DNA from: the human T2T-CHM13v2.0 reference genome, Homo sapiens
Assembly: GCF_009914755.1 (NCBI RefSeq)
Contig: NC_060939.1
DNA length: 64,000 nt
Direction: 5' to 3' (one strand)
Both the position numbers and the translations under genes were made by a program. This document shows positions 41,429-56,084 of this stretch, in pieces. Positions within the stretch are counted from its first letter, which is position 1; the number at the start of each line of letters is the position of its first letter. The notes under the pieces are model-generated. The model was not told the origin of the DNA. It saw nothing but the letters and a program-made list of their open reading frames with translations, and made no database searches.

Positions 41429-41770
41429 AATAGTCCTCTCTTATCTGCCGTTATGCTTTCTGCTGTTTCAGTTACGGGTGGTCAAATGAGGTCTGAAAAC
41501 ATTATGTGGAAGATTCCAGAACAGAAAAAAAAAATTTGTAAGTTTTAAATTGCATGCCATTCTGAGTAGCATAATGAAATCTTGTGCCATCCTGCTCTGA
41601 CACGAATCATCCCTTTATTTTATACTTTATAGAATACTCACGCTTAGACACTTAGTAGCGATCTGCGTTATTAGATCAAAAACACATAGTGTATACAGGG
41701 TTTGGTACTATCTGCAGCTTCAGGCATCCGCTGGAGGTCTATTCCCTATGGATGAGGGGGGACTACTATA
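41429..41770. mobile_element. MER44A (Tigger7-derived MITE)
   Basis: Terminal inverted repeats tagtcctctcttatc / gatgagggggggacta; internal tttcagttac...aaattgcatgccattctgagtagc. Confidence 0.85.
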
Positions 41771-42347
41771 ATGCCATCAGGGAGACTCCACCCTCATGAC
41801 CTTGTCACCTCCCAAAGACCCCACCTCCTGTACCATCACACTGGGGATTAGGGTTTCAATGTATGACGTTTTGGGGAACTCAAACACACAGTCCGTAACT
41901 GTGTGGGGCGGGGCTTAGCATGAGGAAAGATAGAACAGTGTGAGGCATGGTTAATAAGGAAGTGGAGAGCATTGGGAATGGAGTTGAGGGTGGAGCCAGG
42001 AGCAGCTAACTCTGCAGTGCACTTTGGGGGAAGAAAAGGAAGCCGAGGCAAGGCACAGCAGGACTGCATGACACTGTCTGTTGGTGAGAGGGAGAGAATG
42101 TGTGTGTAGAACGGCTGTGGAGCTGGGTCTAAGGGCCCTGTGGACTCAGATCTGACCCCACCACAGACAGTTCTGATGTTCTTGAACCTTCATTTTGGGG
42201 AGAACGGTTGCTATTACTTAGCCTGTGTGCATGGTAGCTGAGTTCCCACAGAATTGCCACACTGAGTAGGGGCGAAAGATACTTCCAATTTCCATCTTAA
42301 ACATCTGCATTCCTAGGGAAAGGGGAAGGAGGTAAACAGAAGTATTA

Positions 42348-42659
<312 letters not shown>

Positions 42660-42704
42660 TCATATAGATCAAGTTGCTAATTAGGGCAAGTTGGCTGCTA
42701 TTGT

Positions 42705-43020
42705 ATTCACTTGTTTGTTGAACACTAGTTCTTAAGTGCCTACTGTATGCATGGCACTGGTCTTGGTGCTAAACAACTACAAGTCTTTGTCTGCCAAGAG
42801 CTGTCAATGTGATAATGAAGAAAAGACAGAATTAGTAACCATGCCAGGCAGCACAGGGTGACACTCCCAAATTAGTGGTTCAGATAGAATGTGAGTTCAC
42901 GGGAGCTGTGGGTCGCTGTGTCACAGAGAAGGTGGCACTTCATTTGTAGGCCTTGAAAAGGTGATAGAATTTGAATGAAAAGTGGGGAGAAGGGCAGGTC
43001 ATTCTAGGTCAGGGAAGAGG
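42705..43020 (-). mobile_element. L2
   Basis: ttaagtgcctactgtatgca...ggcactggtcttggtgct...cacagagaaggtggca. Confidence 0.6.
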
Positions 43021-43402
43021 TTGAGGGAGGAGGTGATATGGCACAGGGCATCACCCACATAGGGTGAGAGACTGGTCTAGGGAATTCGAGGGTGGGATGG
43101 GGACCACTGAGTCAGGTCATGATGGTACATCTATCAGGAAAGGGCAGGGGGACAAGTGAGTGGCCCTGGGATTGATCCTGGCTCCACTCACCACTAACCA
43201 CTTGTGCGTCCTTGAGAAAATGTTTCAACTTCCTAGAATCTCCGAAGTATCTTTAAAATGGGAGCAATAATACTGACCTAGAGGGTAGAGGTATGGTGCA
43301 TTCCAGCAATATCTTAAAAGCATGTGTTCTGGGATCAAAGAGACCTGGGTTTAATCCCGATTATTATATGACCTTGGATATGTTATAATTTTACCTATAA
43401 AT

Positions 43403-43902
43403 CTGTCAGGGTTCTTAATGTTTTTGAGATTCACAGAAACTTATGCTGGAGGTTAAACCTCACAGGAGTTGGGTAAAGGGTATTCATTAGTGTCTGGCTT
43501 TTTCAGGAGGGCCACCAAGTCAGATTTGGAAGGCATGCAGGCTACACAGCAGCAGGACTGCCTCAGGAGAGATGCCCCAGCCACTGCTGCTGGGCCAGAC
43601 ACTGCTGCATTCCCTGCTTGTACAGGGCACTGTCATCTGCATCCTGCCACTGGATCGTGGATGTCCATGAAGCCACCCTTTCCGTGGTGGCTTTCCAATG
43701 GTGCTTTAGATCACCAGATTCCCAAAGGAGATCTTCTGGGTGCATCTGTTTGGCAGAGATTGGGTCACATGCCTGTGCCCTAGCTGCAAAGGAGGCTGGG
43801 AAATCAAGCTCCACTGTTCTACCTTAGAAGGTGGGAAAGTCTCTGAATGAAAGAAAGATATTCAAAGGTTTCAGGAGCCAAAAGCATCACTAGTATTCCT
43901 AC
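43403..43902 (-). mobile_element. Old MLT1 LTR splitting a MIR (43290-43400 / 43905-44008)
   Basis: tgtcagggttctt...ggtcacatgcctgtgccctagctgcaaaggaggctgggaaa; MIR resumes with aagcacttagcatggtgcctggcac. Confidence 0.65.
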
Positions 43903-44481
43903 AATGTAGCTTATGAGCTTCTCCTGAGGACTAAATGGTATCATGTGTGTCAAGCACTTAGCATGGTGCCTGGCACAATAAGCAAGCAGTAAATGCTAAC
44001 TACTATTAACTGTTAACAGCAAATGGGGAAATGCCTAGGAAGAAGTGGGTGGTAAGTGTGCTGACAGCTGATAAAGCAGTCTCCCAGGGAGAAGAATTCA
44101 GCATAGCCCACCACCTCACCCTTGGTATCAGAGGCTCTGAAAGCTGACTCAGCCGCACGTGGAGCCTGAATTTGTCTCAGGAGCAAACTCCGCCATTCCC
44201 GTTGAGTAATTCTAATTTATTAAATAACAGTGAGAACTGTAACCACTGTGTCCATGTATCCCCTGATGGGCCTGTCCATCACATAGTCCTGTCCCTATGG
44301 GAGAGACGCATGGGAAGTCATATGAATTAGAAGCTCATTTGATGAACATGAACTCAGATTGTGGAATTTCAGAATAGGGGTTAGATGATTAAGAGTTGTT
44401 TGACTCATCAGTCCAACAGCAGGGAATCAGGGGTATCCTGTGGCTGGACAGGTCCTGTCCTGGACCGATAAAACCCCTGGA

Positions 44482-44668
44482 CCAGTGGTATGCTGGTAGG
44501 TTGGAGAAAGAGGCCCAGATTTGTAGCATTTACCAATTCTCATGGCCAATTTCACTGTGGCCAATTTCAGACTACCAACCTGATGTGATATCACACCAAG
44601 AAGGAAGAGTTGGGAAAAGCACTCAATATGCTCTTGTAAGCCTGTACAAGCTGGTTCTACCACATCTC
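44482..44668 (-). mobile_element. MER63A-like hAT MITE
   Basis: cagtggtatgctggta...gatttgtagcattt...ggccaatttcagactaccaac...gagttgggaa. Confidence 0.7.
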
Positions 44669-44681
44669 TTCCCTGGACTGA

Positions 44682-45034
<353 letters not shown>

Positions 45035-45461
45035 TACTTTTTCTTATTTTTAAATTATACTTTTTCCCTCCTCTAATTGCAAAAGGCCTGAGGTAGAACA
45101 CTGGAATAAGGAGAGAGGGATTTAAAAAAAAAAGCTTAAATGTCAACCGAGCAAACCACTCTTACCATAGTGATATTTTTTGTTTGTAGTATTTTTTTCT
45201 TTTTTGACTTGCATCATACGAAAGTGATGAAATTCAACCATTTTGACCCATAAAAAGGCAATTTTATATATGATTTGACAGAATACATTTCATATTGTAT
45301 ATCAAGTTTTATGGCCTGCTCTGCACGTACTGTTATATCATAAACATTTCCCCATGTCATTAAATTTTCTTTGAAGGTGAGGTTTGTAATGGCTATTTTC
45401 TAGTAAATTGGTTGTGCGGCCATAATTTTTAAACCATTTATTTCATTATAGGACATTTGAA

Positions 45462-45877
45462 TTCCTCCCTCCTTCCTTCCCTCCCTCCCTTCCTCCCTCC
45501 CTTCCTCCCTCCCTTCCTCCCTCCCTTCCTCCCTCCCTTCCTCCCTCCCTTTCTCCTTCCCCCTTCCCTTCCCCCTTCCCTTCCTCCTTCCCTTCCCCTT
45601 CCCTTCCTCCTTCCCTTCTTCCTTGCCTTCTTCCTTCCTCCCTCCCTTCCTTCCTCCCTCCCTTCCTTCCTCCTTCCCTTCCTTCCTCCCTCCCTTCCTT
45701 CCTCCCTCCCTTCCTTCCTCCTTCCCTTCCTTCCTCCTTCCCTCCCTCCCTCCCTCCCTTCCTCCTTCCCTCCCTTCCTCCCTTCCTCCTTCCCTCCCTT
45801 CCTCCCTCCCTCCCTCCCTTCTTTCTTTCCTTCCTTCCTTCCTTCCTTCCTTCCTTCTCTCTCTCTTTCTCTCCCTT
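45462..45877. repeat. ~416-bp polypyrimidine (CCTT/CCCT)n tract inside an old L1ME-like fragment
   Basis: Only one purine (G45625) on the plus strand. Confidence 0.95.
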
Positions 45878-47334
45878 ACTCTTGCTATTGTAAGAAATGC
45901 AGAAATGAAAATTCTTGTAACATTAATTTTTGTGCTTATCTCTGATTATTTCCTTAGGATATAACAGAGAATTACCTTAGAAGGCTGTCTAAAGGTTGGA
46001 ATAACTTTAAAAATCCTGATACATTAATGCCAACATGCTTCCCTGTAATTATACTAATTTATCCCCTAACAAACAATATATGAAAGTGAGGTTTTATTGC
46101 AAAGTTGTTACCAATGAATATTGCCTTTTGTCTTTATCTTTTCCAAGTGCATTAGAAAAAATGGTAGAGTTAGAGTGAGTTTGTTTCACTTGTAAAGATC
46201 TCCAGCAATGAATAGAAGAAATGGGGGAGATTCTTGTCTGAACCTCTATTATGGCCATGTGTCATAATGCTTACTTCAACAAGATGGGACAGAGGCAAAG
46301 TTTTAGAACCAAGGCCCTAAGCCATTTAGTGCCATCCCTCTATCCATGCCCTCCCTTTTACCTACCACCTTCTATGCCCTTTTCTGCCAACAGTATGTCA
46401 ATGGGTGGCCCGGATAGGTGAGTAAGCCTGTGACCAGATGGCTGTGCATTTCTGATTTTTTACATGATTGAGCTGAATTACTATCATTTGGTATAGGTGA
46501 CTCAGCTACGCAATCATAACACATTGTCAGGAGCAGAAAGAACTGGTGTGGGTGGCTTATCAGGCCTTGGGCACAGAGCTCTGTTATGTTGCTCCAGCTT
46601 GCTCATTTTCAATTTATTTCCAACTTCAATATATGACTTCCAGCATTGGCAAACCTGGCTTTTAATTTCCACCTGTGTGTTGGGGGTGTGGGGAAGGGAG
46701 AGGGAAAAGGCAGGCAGAACAAGAGGAATGCACAAGAGTGTCATTATGGGTTGGCAGGCACAGACTGAGAATTTGCTTTGGGGTAGAGGGAGGAATGAGC
46801 AATGAGATAAATAATTCCTCCAATTCGGTTCCAATTGTCAAAGCTGAAAACTCAAACACGTGGGAAAATGGTGTTGTCTTTGTTCTACCACTGATGAAGA
46901 ATGTCAACAGCTGATTGTGCATTTAAGCCAAAAAATGTAAAACAGTGGGATGTTAGGGGAGAAAAGGGTCATCCAAACCAGATTTTCCAACCACTGAGTT
47001 CATGGACCCAGGAAAGGCATTTTTCTTTGTTGGCAGTGGCCACTATAGCCTATGTCTCTTCTTGCCCTTCTCTTGTGTGGTTCCTGGTAGAGAATGGTGA
47101 GTGCTTGCTGTTCCATGTCATGATCTGGGTTGAGACTGGCTTAGAACTTCCTGTAGAAAAAAGTGCACAGGATGACAGTGTTGGTCACACTGGGTGACAC
47201 AAATGGCCCTGGCTGGAGAGTTATCAAATATCTCTACAAACTGAGTAAGGTAGTCACCTTATATAGCCTCTGAGAGAATTAAGACACCATGCTTCTTTAA
47301 AACATTTTGGGAATAAGGTCTATAGATGTATTTT

Positions 47335-48430
47335 TCTGTTTGTTTATTTTGTATCGTGGTGTAATATACATAAAATTTACCATTTTAACCATTTTTAAGT
47401 GTGCAGTTCAGTGGCATTAAGAACATTCACATTATTGTACAGCTATCATCACCATCCCTCTCCACTACTTTTTCATCATTCCAAATGGAAACTGTTCCTA
47501 TGAAACACTACATCTCCATTCCTTCCTCTCTCCAGCTGTTGGTAACCTCTACTTTACTTTCAGTCTCTAGAAATTTGACTATTTGAGGTACTTCATATAA
47601 GTGGGATCACACAATATGCGGCCTTTTGTGGTTGGCTTACTTTAATCAGCATAATGTCTTTAAGGTTCATCCATATTGTAGCATGTGCCATTCCACCTTC
47701 CTTTTTTTTTTAAAAATTTTACTTTAAGTTCTGGGATACATATGCAGAATGTACAGGTTTGTTACATAGCTATACATTTGCTGTGGTAGTTTGCTGCACC
47801 TATCAACCCATCATCTAGGTTTTAAGCCCCACATGCATAGGTATTTGTCCTAATGCTATCCCTCCCTTTGCCTCCCACCCCCTGACAGGCCCTGGTGTGT
47901 GGTGTTCCTCTCCCTGTGTCCATGCGATCTCATTGTTCAACTCCCACTTATGAGTGAGAACATGTGGTGTTTGGTTTTCTGTTCCTGTGCTGGTTTGCTG
48001 AGAGTGATGGTTTCCAACTTCATCCATGTCCCTATAAAGGACAGGAGCTCATTCTTTTTTATGGCTGCATAGTATTCCATGGTGTATATGTGCCACATTT
48101 TCTTTATCCAGTCTATAATTGATGGGCATTTGGGTTGGTTCCAAGTCTTTGCTATTGTAAGTAGTGCTGCAATAAACATACTGTGCATGTATTCTTCCTT
48201 CCTTTTCAAGGCCGAGTAATATTCTATTGTATTATATACCACATTTCAGTACATGTATGTATATACCACCTTCTGTTTATTCATCCATAGATGGATCTTT
48301 GGATTGTTTCCTTCTTTTGGCTGTTGTGAAGAATGCTGGTATGAACATGGGTGTGCAAATGTCTGTTTGAGACCCTGCTTTCAATTCTTTTGGGTATTTA
48401 CCCAGAATTGCTGGATGATATGTTAATCTT
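47335..48430 (-). mobile_element. L1MB3-like 3' end interrupted by an L1PA
   Basis: taaaatttaccattttaaccatttttaagtgtgcagttcagtggcattaag...; resumes ggccgagtaatattctattgt. Confidence 0.85.
47702..48192 (-). mobile_element. L1PA8-like 3' end
   Basis: actttaagttctgggataca...ctaggttttaagccccacatgcat; TSD-like ccttcctttt. Confidence 0.92.
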
Positions 48431-48464
48431 ATGTTTCTAAATATGTAATGTTCTAAAAATGAGA

Positions 48465-48765
48465 CAGGGCAGTGAAACTATTCTGTATGATACTGCAATG
48501 GTAGATATATGCCATTGTACATATGTCACAATCCATTAAGTGTACAGTGCAAGAAGTGTACCCTGAAGTCAATGATGGACACTAGTTCATAATAACGTAT
48601 CGATATCCATCCAGCACAAATGTACCACACAAAGCAAGATGGTAATAGGAGAAACTAGAGTAGAAGGAGAGAGAGGGGGCATATGGGACCTCTCTGTACT
48701 TTAGGCTCAACTTTTCTGAAAAAGCTTTGTTTCTAAAACACAAAGTCTATTAATATTTTTTTAAA
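48465..48765 (+). mobile_element. L1MC-type 3' end
   Basis: agggcagtgaaactattctgtatgatactg...aaatgtaccacac...ctctctgtact. Confidence 0.75.
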
Positions 48766-48777
48766 AGAGAGAGTATA

Positions 48778-49313
48778 AAGAACTTAAACAGAACTACAGT
48801 TTGACCCAGCAATCCCATTACTGTCTCATTCTGTGAAAAAGACACATGGGCTTGTATGTTCACTGCTGCACTATTCACAATAATAAAGACATGGAATCAA
48901 CGTAGATGACCATCTATGGTAGATTGGATAAAGAACCTGTGGTGCATATACACCATGAAATATTATGCAGCTATAAAAAAGAATGAAAACATGTCATTTG
49001 CAGCAACAAGAATGCAGCTGGAGGCCATTGTCCTAAGCGAATTAACGCAGGAACAGAAAACCAAATACCATATGTTCTCACTTGTGAGAGCTAAACAGTG
49101 GGTACTCATGGACACAAAATAAGAATAGACACTGGGGACTCCAAAAGAGGGGGGCAAGGGCTGAAAAACTACCTGTTGGGTCCCATGCTTACTACCTGGG
49201 CGATGGGGATCAGTCAAACTCCAAATCTCTGTATAAAGCAATATGCCAATGTAACACATCTGCACATGTACCCTCTGAATCCAAAATAAATGTTGAAATT
49301 AAAGAAAAAAAAA
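48778..49313 (+). mobile_element. L1PA15-17-like 3' end
   Basis: gacccagcaatcccattactg...gcagctggaggccatt...gcacatgtaccctctgaatc...aataaa plus A tail. Confidence 0.88.
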
Positions 49314-49485
49314 GAACTTCATGAAGGAGTCCACTGAGTAGTTCCCATGTAAACATTGGGTCCTCTTCCTTCATTCCATCTGTTGTAATTCCATGCCTTG
49401 CTGGTCTTTGGAAGTCATGGGTGGTGCCATCCTTATTCACTTCACCCTCCTGGGGTCTTCCCCCTGGCACCCAATTCCCTCTGTA

Positions 49486-50132
<647 letters not shown>

Positions 50133-50465
50133 AGGTCACTCCCAGCATCTGGCCTTTCTCCTTTCCGTAGACTTCTCTGAACTCCTTCACCCTTGCTTGG
50201 ATCACACAGAGGAGGGATGCTGTTCACTAGGGAGAAGGAGTCGGCTCTAGAGAAGCCTGGCGAGCTGCTAAGGGTCCCAGGTGCATTCAAAGCCGAGTCG
50301 GCACCAGCCTCTGTCTCCAGGGCTCCAGGCAGCTGCTGGCTCCAGAGCAGATTTTCCAGTCATCAGCATTGTCAGCGAAGGAGGTCGCTGTGGAACCTTC
50401 TAGGCTCCATTGCTTTCCTCAGAAAGAAATCAAAATTCTTTATTATGGTGTCTAAGTCTCTATTT

Positions 50466-51255
50466 GGGGCTTCCAGCAACATGGTGACAGTTTGTTTGCT
50501 ATAAGACAAATATTCTATATACAATCAAACACTAAAATGTGACTGAGCTTGAAAGGAGAGAAAAGGGAAGCCCCCAGGTGCCACAAACACAGAGGATGGT
50601 AAGAGTGAGAATGAGAGAGGGATTTTACTGCTGCAACTGGCTGGGGTTTTAGGCTGGATAAAGGCTCTATGTCCTAGAGACTGATTTTTTATTTCCTACT
50701 GAGCAGCCAGAGACCTGATCAGAGGCCTATGAAGAGTAGGGAGAGGAGAGCCTCCAAGTGCCCCTTGGTCTTGGGCCTAGAAAAGCCCTGCCCACGAACA
50801 TTAAAGTTATTAAAGGGAAATTACAACTCCAGGTCTGTATCCAAACTGGGCGTCAATTACTGAAAGGCAAGGGATTAACGTAAAAGTGGTTCAAGACCAT
50901 TTATGTACCAGGATCCTAACAAAAGCAAACCTAATGCTGCTGTGTTATATTTTACAACCCAGAGTCCATTAAAATCCTATAGGGAATACAACACTTGTTA
51001 AAGATGACCTAACAACAGCAGCAGCAGTAATAATTAAACCACGTAAGAAAACCAACCACAAAGAGGTAGAGTCAGCTGAAACAACAAGTGGAGCATGTTT
51101 AGCACATTTAGTACTATTTAGCAAAATAATACCCCAGGAAATAAAAATTACAAAATACATTGAAAAAACCCGCATAAAATACGTTTGAAGCAGGAAGGAA
51201 AGAAAAAAGAATGAACAAGAGTAAGAGAATCATAATAAAAGAACAGGACATTCAA
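50466..51255 (+). mobile_element. Ancient L1 (L1ME-type) 5' end / ORF1 start remnant
   Basis: Begins ggggcttccagcaacatggtgac (like an L1 5' terminus), then becomes increasingly A-rich. Confidence 0.45.
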
Positions 51256-53324
51256 ATCTATTTTCCCCACAAGATTTTGAACACTTTGAGACAGGGGCTC
51301 ATCTTATGCATTCATTCACTCTGTACTCCCAGAACCCAGTAAGACTTAATGGATGTTTGGTGAGATAATGGTGTCTCCTCATCACTGCCTTAGGAGGATG
51401 GTGGCTAAGAACATCTGATATGTGCCTAGATTCTGCCATTTCTATTCCATGTGCATCAAGGTAGGACAGGTTAGTGGTCTATAGGGAGCAGCTCTAGGGT
51501 CTTCTGTTTGGACACTCTTGTCTTTTTTTTTTGTTTGTTTTTGTTTTTGCCTTCAATGGTATAAGGGTGCTAATCCCAGAATCTGGCATATGCCCATTTT
51601 GTAATATGGCACAAAGGTGAAAGAAATAGAATAAAAGTAACTTTTATGTTCAATATGACCATCAATACCAGGAAGCCCATTTTCCCCCCCAAAAGACTAT
51701 GACAAAGAACCCTGGAGAGCTCCATTCTTATATGCACACAGAGCTCTCCCTCCAGCTAATCCTTTGGGCAACTTGGTGAAGTGGGAAGACATTGAACTTG
51801 TGCTGTAGAGTTGGCTTAGTTTTGTCCTGAGCATCATGAGCCTGGTCCTTGAGTGATGCTCTCAGCTTCTCTGATCTTCAGTTTATATCATATATCGAAT
51901 GGGGTGAATAAAACACAATCTCCCAGGGTAGCCAGGAAGCTTGAATAACAGGGTGAAAACATCCTATAAAAGTTAAAGTGTAGTATAATATAACGGAGGC
52001 CTGATCCCGGACGTAGAGTAAAATGCTACACTGTGTGTGGCAAAGCACGTGACCATGTAAGATTGGCGGTGAGGGGGCGTTATGATTTGTAGAGATGGAT
52101 CCCAGAGGAGATAACATCCGAGGCAAGATTGGAAGGAGAAATCTTACCTGGCAGAGGAATGAGCACGTGCAAAGCTGGAGAAGAAATCACACAGGTCTTC
52201 AGAAAGAGAACCAGGCTGGCTGGATCGTGTTCTCTCTTCTACACAGTGGCCTCCCTGAAATTCATGGCACTGAACTTCTAGGTCTTGCCCATGTGAGCAG
52301 TTGATGAATGACAGTCCCCTCACCCCAACTGTCTACTCCAGGTATCCTGCACCCCTTTTTGTTCAGCCTTTCTGGTGCTGAGCACTCTAACCTCACTTCA
52401 ATTCTTGCTCTAAGTTCATCTTATTCCATTAAATTCAGATATGCCCAGCCACAGGGGTATGTGCCTCCCCTCCTGCACAGTCTCCTCTCTCCTAAATGCC
52501 CACATTTGTTCTATTTCTAGCCCTGTTTATGATCACCCTCGCCATTCACTGCTCTGCTTCTTCCCAGCTGCCATTTTATTTTAAATGTGGGGTGAGCTGA
52601 TATTGAACAAGATTATTTTCACAGCCCATCAGCACAACACATGTGACAAACATCTGGGAAAACAAGTATCTTAGGAAAGTTAAATAGGCTTGGAAAAAGA
52701 CTTCCTAGAATCAGACTTAGAAGCATTGGGTCTGGAAGGAGACAGAGATAATGGAATCAAACCAGGACCAGCAAAGGTCCTGAATTAGTCAGCACTCAAC
52801 ATATTTTCTTATGCACAAGGCACAGTGTTGGAGGCTGAGGGAAACACTGAAGTGTCTAAGATGTGGTCTTTGTCAGAAGGATACTATAATCTATTTTAGA
52901 GCGGTAAGAGGAAATTAGAAAATAAAAAGAGCAAGCAGCCAATATTTTAGATAGTTCATTGAGTTCCTTCTCACTACTTGAGTCCAAGCTAAAGAGATGT
53001 TATTTTCCTCAACCCTACTGCTGAACTTTGTTCAGGAAATAGAGTTGACCAGTATGTCCTGGGCTGAATTTAGAATGCACACTCACAGATGACATTGTGT
53101 AGGGCACTCAGAGTGTCAGGACAAGAGCAGTACTGGGTTTGCTTCCCTGGAGGATACTGCTTCTTTGGAGTTTGTGTGTAAACTCTCTTACAGTCATCTG
53201 TGGGGGAGATTGTTACAGTGATAGAAACTTGGAGTTTCAAGAGTTGATGAAACTGTTAGGTGCCACCTACCACCTATGGTTTGAAATGCTTCCATGGTGC
53301 CCCTCTTGGGGAAAGAGCAGGTCA

Positions 53325-53432
53325 GCAGATAAGACACTGGGTTTATGGACTACCAGAGACCTGGTTCAGTGCCCAGTTCTGTTGCTTTTGAGCTGTGTGG
53401 CCCTGAGTGAGTTACTGCAAATTTCTAAGCCT
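53325..53432 (+). mobile_element. MIR
   Basis: cagagacctggttc...agctgtgtggccctgagtgagttact...tctaagcct. Confidence 0.65.
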
Positions 53433-53483
53433 GGGATTCTTGAACTGGTCAGGACTCTTGGTTGCAAGTGATAGAAAATCCCA

Positions 53484-54262
53484 TGGGAATGGGTTTACAT
53501 GGCGTTTTCTTCTGATGCTGCTTCTGATACTAAATATATGTCTTTTATCCATGCCAACAACCAGTTCTCCAGCAACAACTGGTGTCCAACAATTCAATTC
53601 AATTCTGACATCAACGACCTGGAGGTAATGTAGATCTCTCAGGTTAAAGACTCAGTCTCACAAGACTTCCCGCACTTCCAATGCCAGTTGCAAGATTTAG
53701 GGGCCACCAGTACTTCTGGCTGACCACCTATAAATTTGGGGATTCCTAGGACCCTCCCCATCAGGTTTGATAATTTGTTAGAGTGACTCACAGAACTCAG
53801 AAAAGCACTTTGCCTGCTGTTACTGAGTTATAAAGGAAACAACTTAGGAACATCCAAATGGAAAACATGCAGAGAGCCAGGTCTTGGGGGTGTTGGGTGC
53901 AGAGCTTTCATGATCTCTTAGGCCTTGCTACCCTTCCAGCACCTTCGCCAACCCGGAAGCTCCCCAAGTTTGTTGTTTGAGAGTTTTATAGAGCTTAATC
54001 TCCAGCCCCCTTGCTCTTCCCAGAGGTCAGTGGGTGGGGCTGAAAGTACCAATCCTCTTATCACTTGGTCTTTCTGATGACCAGCCATCCTGAAGCTATC
54101 TAGAAGCCCCAATCTAAGTAAACTCATGATTATAAACTCAGGTGTGATCAAAAGGGATTCATTATGAATAATAAAAGATGCTCTGACCCCTCAGCAAATT
54201 CCAAGGGTTTTAGGAGTTCTGTACTAGGGACAAAGACCAAATACATATTGTTATTATACCAC
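53484..54262 (-). mobile_element. MER21-family LTR inserted in an older MLT1
   Basis: ggtgtccaacaattcaattcaattctgaca...ggtttgataatttg...gactcacagaactcag...aaattccaagggttttaggag...ttattataccaca. Confidence 0.85.
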
Positions 54263-54778
54263 AGAGTTTAATTATGATAAGGGGTTTCAGGCATTTGGGG
54301 CTCATGTAATTGAAATATTCAGTGCTTGTTTTAGCCAGAGACCTGGTTTGTTCTGGAATTCGTTTTCCTCCACTACTTAGCTTTAGCCTACCTTTGTGTT
54401 GGCTACATTCTTAGGCAGGCTGTCTTCAAGAGAATAAAACTGACTGCTGGCAGCCCGAGATGTGTTTATTCCTAGAGTTTAGCAACCTCTACAGACAAAA
54501 AGCTGCTCTTTCTCAATAGTTTCAGAAAAAGAAAATCCCAGAATATCTCTTTTGTGTGGTGTGTGTCACATGTTTATCCTTGAGTTAATCACGTAGCCAG
54601 GGGGTGCAACACTCTGATTAGCTCCACCCAAATCATCACTAAACCCTGGGATCTAGCATGAGCCCTACCCAAACCACAAGACACAAGAATGGGGAGTAAG
54701 TGGTTTCTGAAAGGAAAAAAGAGTTTGTCTCATCAGCAGGAGGAGAAATGGTGGACAGGCAGGCAAAACCAACAGTTA
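54263..54778 (-). mobile_element. MLT1K-like LTR (first piece at ~53449-53483)
   Basis: tcaggactcttggttgcaagtgatagaaa | ggctcatgtaattgaaa...cattcttaggcaggct...gtcacatg...ccttgagttaatcac. Confidence 0.6.
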
Positions 54779-54889
54779 TTGACGCCCCCTTTCCCTCCGT
54801 CCCTCCCTCCCTTCCTTTTCCCTCCTTCCCTCCCTGTCTCTGTCTCTGTGTCTCTCTCTCTCCCTCCCCCTGCTCTTTCTCTTTCCCTT

Positions 54890-55404
<515 letters not shown>

Positions 55405-56084
55405 ACATACAGTTCCTTTTCCTGATCCTTAAAATGGGGTAGTGGTCACTTCCCTAGGCTCAGTAGTTTGATCCAAGTCCTCTTCTGTCATAATCTGTGC
55501 TTCTGGGACCTTCTACAACATCCAGGTGTTGTGTGCTCCGAGTCTTTGTCCTGCTACATGCAATATAGCCTCTAGCAATTTCTTTAGGGAGATAAAACCA
55601 GAATTTAACAAGGTTTCCCATTGGGTGATGTTTCTCCACATTTTTCTATACTTGGATTTATCCTCCTTAGCCTGGTTACACTCTGAGAGTTTACAGAGTG
55701 CAATATTCCTCCCCTGCCCATGTCATCTCAGTACTTATGTGTTTTTCATTTGAGCCCATATTTCATCTGAAAATGTCAAAACACTGCCCACACATGGCCA
55801 GAACCCAGTGGAGAAGATAGAGTCTCTTTATGAGACCTGCCAAATGGGGTTCAGTGCTTATCTGATCATGAATCATGAAAGCTTTTAGGACAGATGGTGT
55901 AATCATATCCAAGAATAATGCCCTTTCAAGAGCAATCCTAATTGGATCACATGGCATAAGAGTTCCACATCTGTCACATGGCAGGGATGGAGTTTCCTTT
56001 AACTTTAGTTTGTTTCCATTTCCAGGAGGGGCTAGAGCTTCCTTCAGTGGGTTCAATAAGCACATACAGGGTGCTAATACACTG

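Larger units (their letters stand above)
41142..41900 (-). mobile_element. MLT1A-like LTR containing a 73-bp tandem duplication and a MER44A insertion
   Basis: ggctgctgtaacaaa...cagttctggaggttgggaagtcc...ctgtgtcctcacatg | ctccaccctcatgacc...catcacactggggattagggtttca. Confidence 0.85.

Noticed and set aside
45457-45964. 162-aa and 113-aa Pro/Ser/Leu/Phe-rich ORFs
   Set aside because: Stop-free only because they read through a pyrimidine-only repeat
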